A DNA stretch of 32,000 nt from Pyrolobus fumarii 1A (GTDB lineage: Archaea > Thermoproteota > Thermoprotei_A > Sulfolobales > Pyrodictiaceae), in assembly GCF_000223395.1 (NCBI RefSeq), contig NC_015931.1, forward strand, positions 60,001-92,000, in the 5' to 3' direction. Made by a program: the position numbers and the translations under genes. Shown here piece after piece: positions 7,883 through 16,675 of the stretch (position 1 is the stretch's first letter; the number at the start of each line of letters is the position of its first letter). The notes beneath the pieces were generated by a model. The model was given only the letters and a program-made list of their open reading frames with translations. It was not told the DNA's origin and made no database searches.

Positions 7883-9808
7883 TTAGAAGCTGTAGTAGAC
7901 GTTGGTTATCACTTTCTTTACCCTCTTGATCTCCTTGCCGTTGCGATAGAAGCCTATGTGGACTGCGCAAGCGAGGCATGGATCGAAGCTTCTGATCGAC
8001 CTCACGAAGTCTAGACCCTGCCACTCCTCTGGCTTGCCCTCCTCGGTGACCCAGCTGTTTAGCACGCTCTGCTCATACGGGCTGAAGCCATAGCGGTCCT
8101 GGGGCGAGACGTTACCCGTTGACGGCGCGTGTATCTGTATGTTGAGGGTCCTGCCGCCCTTCTGCACTACCCAGTGCCTCACGGTGCCACGCGGCGCCTC
8201 TGTAAAGCCGAAGCCGCGAGTGACGTCGCCAGGGGTCTTCCACGGCCTCGAAGTCTCCACTCTGCCCTGACCGAGTAGGGCTAGGCCTTGCTCAACGCTC
8301 TTCCACGCAGCCACGATATCCACTACAAGGTTGAACGCCCTTGCCCATAGCCTGTATATCGTCGTGCTTATGGGTGGTACTTTCCACTCAAACTCCATTG
8401 GCTCGCAGACGCTACTGGGTAGGCCCTCGGCGCACGCTCTTGGCAGATGGACCTTGAGCTTGTTGTTACCGTCGCTTACTAGGCTAGCGTCAACAACTGC
8501 AGCCTCTAGCTTGTAGGCATGCATGCTTGTCGCTAGGAGCCTCGTGTACGGCCCAACCTCGAATGGCAGTATGCTCCCATCTTTCCAAACTAGTCTTACG
8601 TGTGCCGCCCAGGTGTACTTCCCATCCCATTTGATCGTCTTGCTGGTGACCTCTGGCACTGTTATCTTGTTCCATGGGTGGAACCTGGGGTCTACCCTGC
8701 CCCAGAGTAGCTTGTTGCCAGCCGGGTCAACATCGGTGCCAAAGTCTGGCATGTCCCACTCCTTGTAGAAGGCCCTCTCAACATGCTCCATTATGCTGAC
8801 CTGGTACTCTGTAAGCTTGTCAGTTACCATTTTGCCTTTGATTATTACTCCTGGTTTCAACATCCTCGCCCTACCAGCCTTGTCAATGCTCTTGTAGAAC
8901 TCCTCTGGGTTGTACTCTGGCATACCCTCACCGTAGACCTCCGGGTCGTCGAATAGACCACTACTGGCCGCCGCCAGCACAGTCGTCCTCATACCTGGGC
9001 ACTCCTTTGGCTCCTCGGTGTAGGCGTAGCTGAGGCCATTGCAAGCGTAGCTTAGGTTCCCTGCCGGGTCTAGCGTCACATTCTCCTCGTAGAACCTCAT
9101 TAGATCCTCCCACAGGGCATAGAACCACTTAGCCCATGCGGTAAGCTTCGCTAGACGGAAGGTGTAGCCCGTGAACAGGTACTGTGCATTGCTAAGGTCT
9201 GTAGCTATACCGCCCGGCAGTAGTGTCGAGGGGTGGCTGTGCCTGCCGTAGATGAGGACTCCTGCCTCGCGAGCTATACGCTGGAACTTAACTGCGAGCT
9301 GCCAGACCTTCCCAACAACCGGGTTAAGAGCCTCCATTATGTCAGCTATTGTCGTGAACCCGTGTATGTCGCGATTCTCGGCACGTGTCTGTTTGGCAGC
9401 CTCATAGACCTTGGGTGTAAACTTCTTAACCAACGCGGCGCTGTAGTCTGGGCCCTCTAGCATACCGAGTATGATTGTGTGGTCATAGATGTGATCCGTC
9501 ATAGCAAACGCCATGTTCCTCAGCACGACGCCCATTGGTTTCGGGCTAACTCCGTACGCCATGTCGACCGCGAGGGTTGACGCGTTGGCATGCGATGCGC
9601 CACAAACGCCACAGATTCTGCTTGTCACGTGAGCTAGGTCCTCTGGCGGCCTCCCGATGCCGAATATCTCGAAGCCCGAGAACATCGTCACAAATGCCCA
9701 TACCTTTCCTGTGGGCTTCCTGGTATCCGCGTCAACGTGTACTCTTACACCTAGGTGTCCCTCGATTCTAGTGACCGGGTCAATGTGGAGTTTTATCTCG
9801 CGCACCAT
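7883..9808 (-). CDS. hynL: [NiFe] uptake hydrogenase large subunit
   Basis: Contains the N-terminal motifs RIEGH and RICGVCGASH and the C-terminal motif DPCLACAVH. A 24-aa extension (IGFYRNG...YYSF) follows, as expected for endopeptidase processing. A Shine-Dalgarno-like GAGGTGG precedes the ATG. Confidence 0.95.
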   Translation of the reverse strand: MVREIKLHIDPVTRIEGHLGVRVHVDADTRKPTGKVWAFVTMFSGFEIFGIGRPPEDLAHVTSRICGVCGASHANASTLAVDMAYGVSPKPMGVVLRNMAFAMTDHIYDHTIILGMLEGPDYSAALVKKFTPKVYEAAKQTRAENRDIHGFTTIADIMEALNPVVGKVWQLAVKFQRIAREAGVLIYGRHSHPSTLLPGGIATDLSNAQYLFTGYTFRLAKLTAWAKWFYALWEDLMRFYEENVTLDPAGNLSYACNGLSYAYTEEPKECPGMRTTVLAAASSGLFDDPEVYGEGMPEYNPEEFYKSIDKAGRARMLKPGVIIKGKMVTDKLTEYQVSIMEHVERAFYKEWDMPDFGTDVDPAGNKLLWGRVDPRFHPWNKITVPEVTSKTIKWDGKYTWAAHVRLVWKDGSILPFEVGPYTRLLATSMHAYKLEAAVVDASLVSDGNNKLKVHLPRACAEGLPSSVCEPMEFEWKVPPISTTIYRLWARAFNLVVDIVAAWKSVEQGLALLGQGRVETSRPWKTPGDVTRGFGFTEAPRGTVRHWVVQKGGRTLNIQIHAPSTGNVSPQDRYGFSPYEQSVLNSWVTEEGKPEEWQGLDFVRSIRSFDPCLACAVHIGFYRNGKEIKRVKKVITNVYYSF

Positions 9809-9912
9809 GTGCTCCCACCTCTCACACTAACCCATACCATGCGGGGGATATACCCTCATATGGATGTGGAGCGAGGAGGGATTTAAAAATACCATGGAGT
9901 ATACACCTTCTA

Positions 9913-11343
9913 TCATCCTTTAACACGCTCGCCAACGTACTCAGCGATGTGCTTCACGTCAACACTGAGACCGTATATCTTCGCGCCACCAGCGATAGAG
10001 TGCATGCACACTGGACAAGCTGTTACAACCAGCTTAGCACCGCTCTCGCGTATTTCGTCTATCTTCCTCTTCACGGCGATAGCCCAAGCCTTCTCAGTCT
10101 CCTCTATGAAGCGGCGCTCCTTGTCACCCGCCAGTAGATCGTCAGGACTAATGCCTAGTATCATTGACATCTGTTTAATCATCTCCATGTTCATGCATCC
10201 AATGCCACCGCCACCAGCACAACAATAGCTCTCAACGCCGTGATGCTTTAACGGGCGGAAGCGCCTGCTGAGCGCCTTTAGGACCCTATAGGGCTCGACA
10301 GTGACACCACCGCGCCTGGCAAGCTGGCATGGGTCGTGCCACGTTACCTCGTCATCGCCCTGCTCGTATGGCAGCTTCTTGCCCGCTATCAGTTCGTCCA
10401 CAAGCTCCACGAAGTGCAACACTTTGAATCCTAGGCGTCTGCCGAGTAGCTTGGTCACTTCCCATCTTAGCCACGGGTATGGGAAGCCACCGTCAAGCAA
10501 CACGACGCGTTTTACTCCCAGTGCTTCTATCCTCTCGACGAGCCTGGCGAACACCTCTCGTGCAATCTCGCGCCTGCCTACAACCACGCCTATGGCTGCA
10601 CGAAATGCCCAAGGCTTCTCTGGCAGCGTGTAGTCTATCCCCGCAGCCTCTAGCGTCTTGACGGCACCGGCTATCGCGCCAGGGTAGAACATGGCATCGG
10701 TTAGCATCGGGAGTAGTAGTACGTCAGCGCCCTTCTTCTCGTAGGGTAGCCGCTTCCCAACCGCCTTCTCCGCCTCCTGAAGGGCAACATTCCACGCATC
10801 CATGAACCCCTGTATCTCAAGGTACGCCTCCTGCCTCTCAAGCTCGGCGAAGAAGTCGATTAGCGTCGGTGCTCTACCGGTGCCGGTGGCTATCAGCTTA
10901 AGCAGACCCTGCACCAACACACCGCTGTCAATACCGAATGGACACACGAAGTAGCAGTGACCGCAGTTCGTACAACGATATACAGCCTCAACTATCTTAT
11001 CAAGGTCTTTCTCGCTCTTTGGTAGACGGGCGCCAACCAGAGGTCCTAGTATACGACCCGCAATCGTCAGCTTCTTCCTGTATATCTCGCGGGTTAACTC
11101 CGCCTTGTTCACCGGCGAGAAGCGCTCATCAACGTAGAAGTATGGGCATGCTGGGGCACAGGCGGCACACCCAACACAGTTCTCCAGGTAGTGTAGCTTT
11201 ACCACGTCTATTGCCGCTTCCAGCCTAGCCACCGCTGAGTCTAGCGCAGCCTTGTCGAATCCCTCCCACTTTACCCTCTCCTTCACCACACGTAGTATCT
11301 TCTCGACCACGGGGTTCGGAGCACGAGCCGCCATGCGCATCAC
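9913..11343 (-). CDS. isp2: Isp2: HdrD-like Fe-S protein (two 4Fe-4S motifs plus two CCG domains)
   Basis: Contains CVGCAACAPACP and CTNCGHCYFVCP ferredoxin motifs and the CCG-type motifs WHDPCQLAR, CCAGGGGIGC and TACPVCMHS. It sits between isp1 and hynL, as in Isp-type hydrogenase operons. Confidence 0.9.
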   Translation of the reverse strand: MMRMAARAPNPVVEKILRVVKERVKWEGFDKAALDSAVARLEAAIDVVKLHYLENCVGCAACAPACPYFYVDERFSPVNKAELTREIYRKKLTIAGRILGPLVGARLPKSEKDLDKIVEAVYRCTNCGHCYFVCPFGIDSGVLVQGLLKLIATGTGRAPTLIDFFAELERQEAYLEIQGFMDAWNVALQEAEKAVGKRLPYEKKGADVLLLPMLTDAMFYPGAIAGAVKTLEAAGIDYTLPEKPWAFRAAIGVVVGRREIAREVFARLVERIEALGVKRVVLLDGGFPYPWLRWEVTKLLGRRLGFKVLHFVELVDELIAGKKLPYEQGDDEVTWHDPCQLARRGGVTVEPYRVLKALSRRFRPLKHHGVESYCCAGGGGIGCMNMEMIKQMSMILGISPDDLLAGDKERRFIEETEKAWAIAVKRKIDEIRESGAKLVVTACPVCMHSIAGGAKIYGLSVDVKHIAEYVGERVKG

Positions 11344-11360
11344 CCCCTACACGACACGGT

Positions 11361-12188
11361 TTAAACTGCACCACGTTGTATACGCGCATCCCAATACTCG
11401 TGGAGCTTGCCATACCAGTAGCCGAAGATGAAGTGCCAATACTTCGAGAAGGGCAGCCACATTAGCAGCAGCTCTGCAAAGAGCACATGCAGCCCTAGCC
11501 ATAGCCTGTATGTCGAGACACTGGTGTAGAGGCCCTCCTCGACGAACGCATGCCTAGCTGCCATGAAGCCCGTGAGCAGTATCCCGAAGAGCAGCACATA
11601 GTTCACTATGTCTCCTATCCTAACGTTGCGGCTGCCATGCGCCTTCTCTAGGATCTTCATTCCTATCTTGCCGCCAACACCTATCATCGCTAGTATTGCT
11701 AGGACGTCGCCATTCATCACGATTGTTAGCGGGCCCCATATGCTATCGACGAACTTCGCACTCATCTCCGACACTGGCGGCACCGGGCTAGTCACGGTCA
11801 ACGCACCGCTGGTCATGCTCAGAGGTATCCATAGGCCTAGGTCGGCCACTATCCAGTAGGGCGGGAAGTAGTACGCCCAGACTATCACGTGCTGTGCCAG
11901 GAGGAATAGTACTGGGATGACGCCTATCAGGTGTAGCAGCGTCAGGCCGAATATGAAGTCTGGTGTGCGGTGCTTGAGCGAGAAGATTATCGGGTCTAGG
12001 AACGTCCTTATGAGCGCTACTATGAGTTCGCCTGCCGACCGGTGCCTAGCCTCAGCCTTGACGGGCCTCTTCCAGAATAGCAGCATCCTCAGGAGGCGGT
12101 AGGCAGCGCCGAATATGAATACCGTCAACGCTACCCAGAAGAACTCGTAGACCGCAAAGCGGTATATTGTGTCGCTTAGCCACTCCAT
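11361..12188 (-). CDS. isp1: Isp1: NarI/DsrM-like integral membrane b-type cytochrome subunit
   Basis: 275-aa protein with about 5 hydrophobic helices and conserved His residues within them (LLHLIGV, AQHV, ARHAF, GLHVLF). The SD GGAGGGAGGAGG lies upstream of the ATG at 12188. Confidence 0.8.
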   Translation of the reverse strand: MEWLSDTIYRFAVYEFFWVALTVFIFGAAYRLLRMLLFWKRPVKAEARHRSAGELIVALIRTFLDPIIFSLKHRTPDFIFGLTLLHLIGVIPVLFLLAQHVIVWAYYFPPYWIVADLGLWIPLSMTSGALTVTSPVPPVSEMSAKFVDSIWGPLTIVMNGDVLAILAMIGVGGKIGMKILEKAHGSRNVRIGDIVNYVLLFGILLTGFMAARHAFVEEGLYTSVSTYRLWLGLHVLFAELLLMWLPFSKYWHFIFGYWYGKLHEYWDARIQRGAV

Positions 12189-12206
12189 GGCCTCCTCCCT
12201 CCGCCT

Positions 12207-13712
12207 TTACTTACCCTTCGCCTTGCTCTCCTTCTCGACAAGCTTCTTCATACCATAGGCTGCCGCTGCACCAACAACAGCGGCGCCCGCCACCATGGCT
12301 ACCAGACTATTGGTGTTTGGCGAGACTGGAGCGGGTAGAGGCTTGTAGAACGGCTCATAGGCGTCCATGAAGCCTGGCATGGTGCACCCTATGCACACGG
12401 CGCCAGTGCGGGTTGGCCCGCCCACACCGTTGACCCATCCAACCTTGTTGTATGGACAGTTCGCAACTGGTCCCTTACACCCGACGCTGAAGAGGCAAGC
12501 ACCCGTGGGCTCGCCAGGCTCCTTCCTCATGACGCCGGCGGCATACCACGCTGCACGTGGACACTGCTCGTGGACCGTCTGCCCGAAGATGAACTTCGGC
12601 CTCCAGTACTCGTCCAGCTCTGGGAGTGGTAGCACGCCCCTGGCCCATAGTATCACGTTGGCGAGCGTCCTCAGCTGGGCGTTGCCGTTAGCTGGGCAGC
12701 CTGGCACTGCAATAGCAGGCTTACAATCTGGCTGGCCAGGCTTCTGTGGCACACACTTGCCCTCAATGAATCTCACGTAGGGCTCGGCGACCTCCCTGTA
12801 CCATCCGCCCTTGGAGTATAGCAGCTTGGCGAAGCCCGTGTAACCGCGTATCGGGTCTGGGAAGAAGCCTAGGCTACCCGTGGGGCTATAGGACCAGCCT
12901 TCCTTCGACCACTGTTCGTATGGTGTGTACCCGGTCGCCTTGTACTTTTCAAGTAGGTCTTTGTTGGCGCCGCCGAAACTAGTGGCGACGGAGTTTGCCC
13001 TTACGCCGCCGTAAGCCGCGCAGTTACCCAGAGCTACTACCGCAACAGCCTTCTTCATTAGGCAGGCGAACCACCTGGCACAGGATATTGGGTCTTCGCC
13101 CTTTAGGCCTCGTAGGCACTCCTTCGTGGCTCTCTCGATCTCGTCTACCTTCTCCTTAGCCCTCTCTAGCAGCATCTCTGCCTTCCTAGGCGAGATGGCC
13201 TTAACCACATCTATCACTGGCAGCACCTTATCAGCAGGCATCTTACCCTCCACAACAGCAACTAGAGCTTCTAGAGCCTGGTGGACGGTCTCAACATCAC
13301 CAACGTAGCAGAATAGGTCGCTGCCGCGTATGCCTGTCAGCGCTTCATCTGGGGCTATCGAGCCCTCCAGTATCAGCACATAGGGGTCGTAGACGCCGCC
13401 AAGTGCTAGCAGAAGATGGGCGATTGCCGAGGGGCCCCACTCTGGCATCACGGTCTCGTGGTACGGTAGGATAACCGATCCCGGCGATGTGATGTGGGTC
13501 GTGCCTCCAAGGACCTGGAGCACATCCGGGTCGGTGGCTTGGATGAGAGCAGTTGTGTCACCAGCACAATCCTGCGCCTCGAACCACACCAGGCTGATGC
13601 TACCCGACTGGACCTCGGCAAACGCCTTCTTGACTAGCGATGACCAGTCCAGGCTTGCTAGTAGCGCGCTGGTACCCACAAGTTTCAAGAAGTCACGTCG
13701 CGTTACTTTCAA
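12207..13712 (-). CDS. hynS: [NiFe] uptake hydrogenase small subunit with a Tat signal and a C-terminal TM anchor
   Basis: The twin-arginine signal is MKVTRRDFLKLVG. The cluster motifs GNCAAYGG, PGCPANG, HEQCPR, CLFSVGCKGPVANCP and CIGCTMPGFMD are present. The C-terminal segment LVAMVAGAAVVGAAAAYG is hydrophobic. At 501 aa the protein is much longer than the usual ~360 aa. Confidence 0.95.
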   Translation of the reverse strand: MKVTRRDFLKLVGTSALLASLDWSSLVKKAFAEVQSGSISLVWFEAQDCAGDTTALIQATDPDVLQVLGGTTHITSPGSVILPYHETVMPEWGPSAIAHLLLALGGVYDPYVLILEGSIAPDEALTGIRGSDLFCYVGDVETVHQALEALVAVVEGKMPADKVLPVIDVVKAISPRKAEMLLERAKEKVDEIERATKECLRGLKGEDPISCARWFACLMKKAVAVVALGNCAAYGGVRANSVATSFGGANKDLLEKYKATGYTPYEQWSKEGWSYSPTGSLGFFPDPIRGYTGFAKLLYSKGGWYREVAEPYVRFIEGKCVPQKPGQPDCKPAIAVPGCPANGNAQLRTLANVILWARGVLPLPELDEYWRPKFIFGQTVHEQCPRAAWYAAGVMRKEPGEPTGACLFSVGCKGPVANCPYNKVGWVNGVGGPTRTGAVCIGCTMPGFMDAYEPFYKPLPAPVSPNTNSLVAMVAGAAVVGAAAAYGMKKLVEKESKAKGK

Positions 13713-13875
13713 CTATCACACCCTCCAAGCTTCACATACCATAATTACAAACCAGGATTAAAAGAGCGCGATAGCTAGAAACGAGGAGCGTCTTACATCC
13801 CGTTAATGTCGCCCCCCGTTCAACATAAAGCAAAACTTTTAGTCTACATTCGTAATAGTTCCACGGGTAGTATTC

Positions 13876-14205
13876 GTGCTAAAACCAGAGCGTAAACGAT
13901 TCTCGGCGCTCATCCACGGCGCACAGAAGCTCGCATCCCTTGCACACGAGCTAACCGAGAGTATAAACGAGGAGCTAAGACGAGCACTAGAACCCATATC
14001 ACCGGAGCGCATGCTTCTCGAGAACCTCTACGCGATTCGCCACCGCGAGCCGAGCCTAGAGGAGATGCTTGAAGACATACTCACAAGCATGGGTCTCGAG
14101 CGAGACTCTCCACTAATCCGGGCGCTGGCATCAAGCCGCGAGAGGGGTGTCGGAGCTGAGGAAACCACTCGTAATAGGCGCGGGCAACCCCATGTTCGCC
14201 GATGA
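13876..14205 (+). CDS. Hypothetical helical protein upstream of the hydrogenase protease
   Basis: 109-aa ORF with a GTG start, divergent from hynS. It overlaps the protease gene by 59 nt. No motif was recognised. Confidence 0.45.
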   Translation: MLKPERKRFSALIHGAQKLASLAHELTESINEELRRALEPISPERMLLENLYAIRHREPSLEEMLEDILTSMGLERDSPLIRALASSRERGVGAEETTRNRRGQPHVRR

Positions 14206-14704
14206 CGCTGTAGGCTACTGCGTCGCGCGTATACTAGAGGAGTGTCTGGAGCCACGCGACTCTATAGATGTTCTCGCGTTACAGGCGCTAGACCCAGGGG
14301 TAGTAGCCTACTTCGAGGGGCACGACCCAATCGTGATAGTCGATGCTGTGGATCCCGCCACTATGCCCTCGGGTGCAAGGATAGTAACGTACGAGATAGA
14401 CCCCAGGAAGCTTAGTCTTAACGAGCTTGCAGAGTCCCTGACAGAAGCTTCCTCCCACGAGGCCAACCCCGTGAACCTAGCGTTAATCGCCCATGCCAGC
14501 GGCACACTGGAAGGAAGAATGTTCTTCGTCGGGCTCCGCATCCACCGCATAGAGCTGGGAGGAGGCATATCTCATGAAGGCTGTATGAGTATACAGAGGG
14601 GTGTGGAGGAGGTCCTCCGCATACTGCGAGAGACGGGCACCAGAGCCTCTCTTATAGGGGGTTGCAGCGAACAAATCCTCCGGAAGGAGTGTGCTTGTCC
14701 TTGA
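14147..14704 (+). CDS. Hydrogenase maturation endopeptidase (HyaD/HycI family)
   Basis: The N-terminal LVIGAGNPMFADDAVG matches the GxGNxxxxDDGxG signature. The later DAVD and H residues fit the Ni-binding triad, and the size is about 185 aa. The gene lies adjacent to the hydrogenase operon. Confidence 0.85.
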   Translation: MSELRKPLVIGAGNPMFADDAVGYCVARILEECLEPRDSIDVLALQALDPGVVAYFEGHDPIVIVDAVDPATMPSGARIVTYEIDPRKLSLNELAESLTEASSHEANPVNLALIAHASGTLEGRMFFVGLRIHRIELGGGISHEGCMSIQRGVEEVLRILRETGTRASLIGGCSEQILRKECACP

Positions 14705-15264
14705 GACCTGCCCTACCCGGCCACATTCACGACCCGACCCTGCTGGACGAGGCCACTAGGATAGTCGAGCAGCTTATACGCGAGTGTGTAAAGCTAGGCA
14801 TGCCCGTCTATGCCAGGTACCAGGCACCTGGACTCATCCACGTGGAGACTAGGCACGGGAAAGACGTCTACATGGTGTTCATCCTCTACGATCCCTTCGA
14901 GGATAGGATCCCCGTGGCCCTAGGCAAGCCGACAGACTACGTAACAATAGCGGCTATAGACCCCGAGTCACGGACCATCATTGACAAGAGGCTCGACGCC
15001 ATACCATACGCTTTGGCGACGAACCCAGACATAATGCCAAACTACGAGGCCGACGCCTGGTCGATACGCCTGCGCGTCTACCCGAGCCTCAAGCCGTGCG
15101 GCAAGGAATGGGAGAATCCACCAGGCACACTACACTGCAGCGACGCGGATCCATGCAACGCTGCAGTGGTAGACTCTCACGGTGTAGCAGCCTGGCTAGA
15201 CACCTGCACCGGGGAGGTCACCGACGCTCGCTACTGGCAGCGCCGCCTTCACCTCCGCCCCTAG
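14662..15264 (+). CDS. Hypothetical protein (start uncertain), possibly hydrogenase-associated
   Basis: 200-aa ORF overlapping the protease stop. The C-terminal region carries four Cys (PCGKEW...HCSDADPC...DTC). No family was recognised. Confidence 0.5.
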   Translation: MQRTNPPEGVCLSLRPALPGHIHDPTLLDEATRIVEQLIRECVKLGMPVYARYQAPGLIHVETRHGKDVYMVFILYDPFEDRIPVALGKPTDYVTIAAIDPESRTIIDKRLDAIPYALATNPDIMPNYEADAWSIRLRVYPSLKPCGKEWENPPGTLHCSDADPCNAAVVDSHGVAAWLDTCTGEVTDARYWQRRLHLRP

Positions 15265-15592
15265 GCTCTAGGAGCCCCTCACGCACCATTGTCTCAAGCA
15301 GCTTCTCAGCCATCCGGGCAGCAGCGCACAACTGCACCTTGGCCTCCCTAAGCGCCTCCTCCTCACTACTACCGACGCGGCGCAGCGTAAGGTACACCAG
15401 CGCGGCCGCACGCGCAGCGACAACACCAACAACGGGCATCAACACATGCTCCTCGTTGGCCTCCCTCAGCACCTCCTCGAGACGCGTAAGCATACTGTTC
15501 ATTTTCTCTGCGAACCCCTCACCCACCACAATCCTCCTCTCGAGGATATCCTCGAATCGTTTTGCAAGACTCTCGCAGTCTTTAACCTCCAC
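15218..15592 (-). CDS. Hypothetical helical protein (124 aa)
   Basis: The GTG start at 15592 lies inside the left arm of a 19-bp inverted repeat. The 3' end overlaps the convergent 14662..15264 ORF by 47 nt. Confidence 0.5.
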   Translation of the reverse strand: MEVKDCESLAKRFEDILERRIVVGEGFAEKMNSMLTRLEEVLREANEEHVLMPVVGVVAARAAALVYLTLRRVGSSEEEALREAKVQLCAAARMAEKLLETMVREGLLEPRGGGEGGAASSERR

Positions 15593-15636
15593 GTCTACCC
15601 ACCAGCGCCGACACTAGGGGTAGACGTGGAGGTTAA
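15582..15636. repeat. Perfect 19-bp inverted repeat (TTAACCTCCACGTCTACCC / GGGTAGACGTGGAGGTTAA) with a 17-nt spacer
   Basis: The arms are 15582-15600 and 15618-15636, read directly from the sequence. Each arm contains the GTG start and the first codons (M-E-V-K) of one of the two divergent genes. Confidence 0.9.
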
Positions 15637-16159
15637 GGTTCTGGGCGAGCGAACCACCTGCAAAGGTATCAGGTACTCCCTGAAGGCGTTGACTATAGAG
15701 GTGGATGGTAGGCGCTTCGAGCGCGAGGTGCTAACACACCCGGGCGCAGTCGCAATACTACCGTTCCTCGACGGGGACACTGTCGTGCTCCTGCGCCAGT
15801 GGAGACCCGGCTGCCAGTGCTGGCTCATCGAGGTGCCAGCCGGCACCATGGAGCCGGGCGAGACGCCCGACGAGACAGCCAGGAGGGAGCTAGAGGAGGA
15901 GACGGGATACACGGCAGAGAGGTTGTACAAGGTCGGCGAAATCTACCCAACGCCGGGCACAAGCACTGAGGCCATACACTTGTACATCGCGGAGGGGTTG
16001 AAGGAGGGCAAGGCACACCCCGAGGAGGACGAGCTGATAGAGGTGATACGCGTCCCTCTTAGGAAAGCCGTAGAGATGGTAGTTAACGGAGAGATAAGAG
16101 ACGCAAAAACGGTCGCGCTCCTCCTGCTCGCCTGGACGGGGAAACACGCGGTAGGCTAA
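15626..16159 (+). CDS. Nudix hydrolase (ADP-ribose pyrophosphatase-like)
   Basis: The Nudix box is GTMEPGETPDETARRELEEETGY. The in-frame GTG at 15626 gives 177 aa, the typical size. The longer ORF from 15446 overlaps the divergent gene and is rejected. Confidence 0.85.
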   Translation: MEVKVLGERTTCKGIRYSLKALTIEVDGRRFEREVLTHPGAVAILPFLDGDTVVLLRQWRPGCQCWLIEVPAGTMEPGETPDETARRELEEETGYTAERLYKVGEIYPTPGTSTEAIHLYIAEGLKEGKAHPEEDELIEVIRVPLRKAVEMVVNGEIRDAKTVALLLLAWTGKHAVG

Positions 16160-16174
16160 CACGGCGACAGAGCG

Positions 16175-16675
16175 CTACTTGACGACGATCTCAAACACAC
16201 ACATATCGTCGCCCTTAGCGAGGCACGCTACCTCCTTGGCATCCACCTTCTTGCCCCACACAGCCTCAAGCCACCCTGCCGCGAAACCCGCAAGAGGCGC
16301 ATCTACCGGCTTCTTTCTCTGTATCTTAGCACCTAGCAGCGTCCCCTTCATCCCTATCCTGATCACGCGCTTGTTCTTCTCAACCTTATCCTCAAGGACC
16401 TTAACCTCACTCGCATACCCGGCCCTGACAAAGCTCCAGAGGAGCGCATCAAGAGCATTTGACTCGTCTATCACGCCCCTCTCCATAAGCCTTTGCGCCA
16501 TGAGCCTACCAGCCTTCTTGGCAGCATTGTATAGCACCGGACCCGCAAACCTCATGAATTTTTCAAACGCCGTATACAGGTCAACTATGACGTCACGCGC
16601 TATCATAATGCTCTCGTTGAGAACCACGCCATCCAGCTTCTTTCTCAGATCTTCATCCACCTGCACCACAGCCAC
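16175..16675 (-). CDS. V4R-domain (4-vinyl reductase-like) small-molecule-binding protein
   Basis: The C-terminal CLAKGDDMCVFE motif is typical of V4R domains. The GTG start is preceded by the perfect SD GAGGTGAT, which is complementary to the 16S 3' end found in this window. Confidence 0.75.
   Translation of the reverse strand: MAVVQVDEDLRKKLDGVVLNESIMIARDVIVDLYTAFEKFMRFAGPVLYNAAKKAGRLMAQRLMERGVIDESNALDALLWSFVRAGYASEVKVLEDKVEKNKRVIRIGMKGTLLGAKIQRKKPVDAPLAGFAAGWLEAVWGKKVDAKEVACLAKGDDMCVFEIVVK

Noticed and set aside
15446-15625. Upstream extension of the Nudix ORF
   Set aside because: It overlaps the divergent 124-aa gene antisense. Starting at the GTG at 15626 gives a typical ~177-aa Nudix protein.
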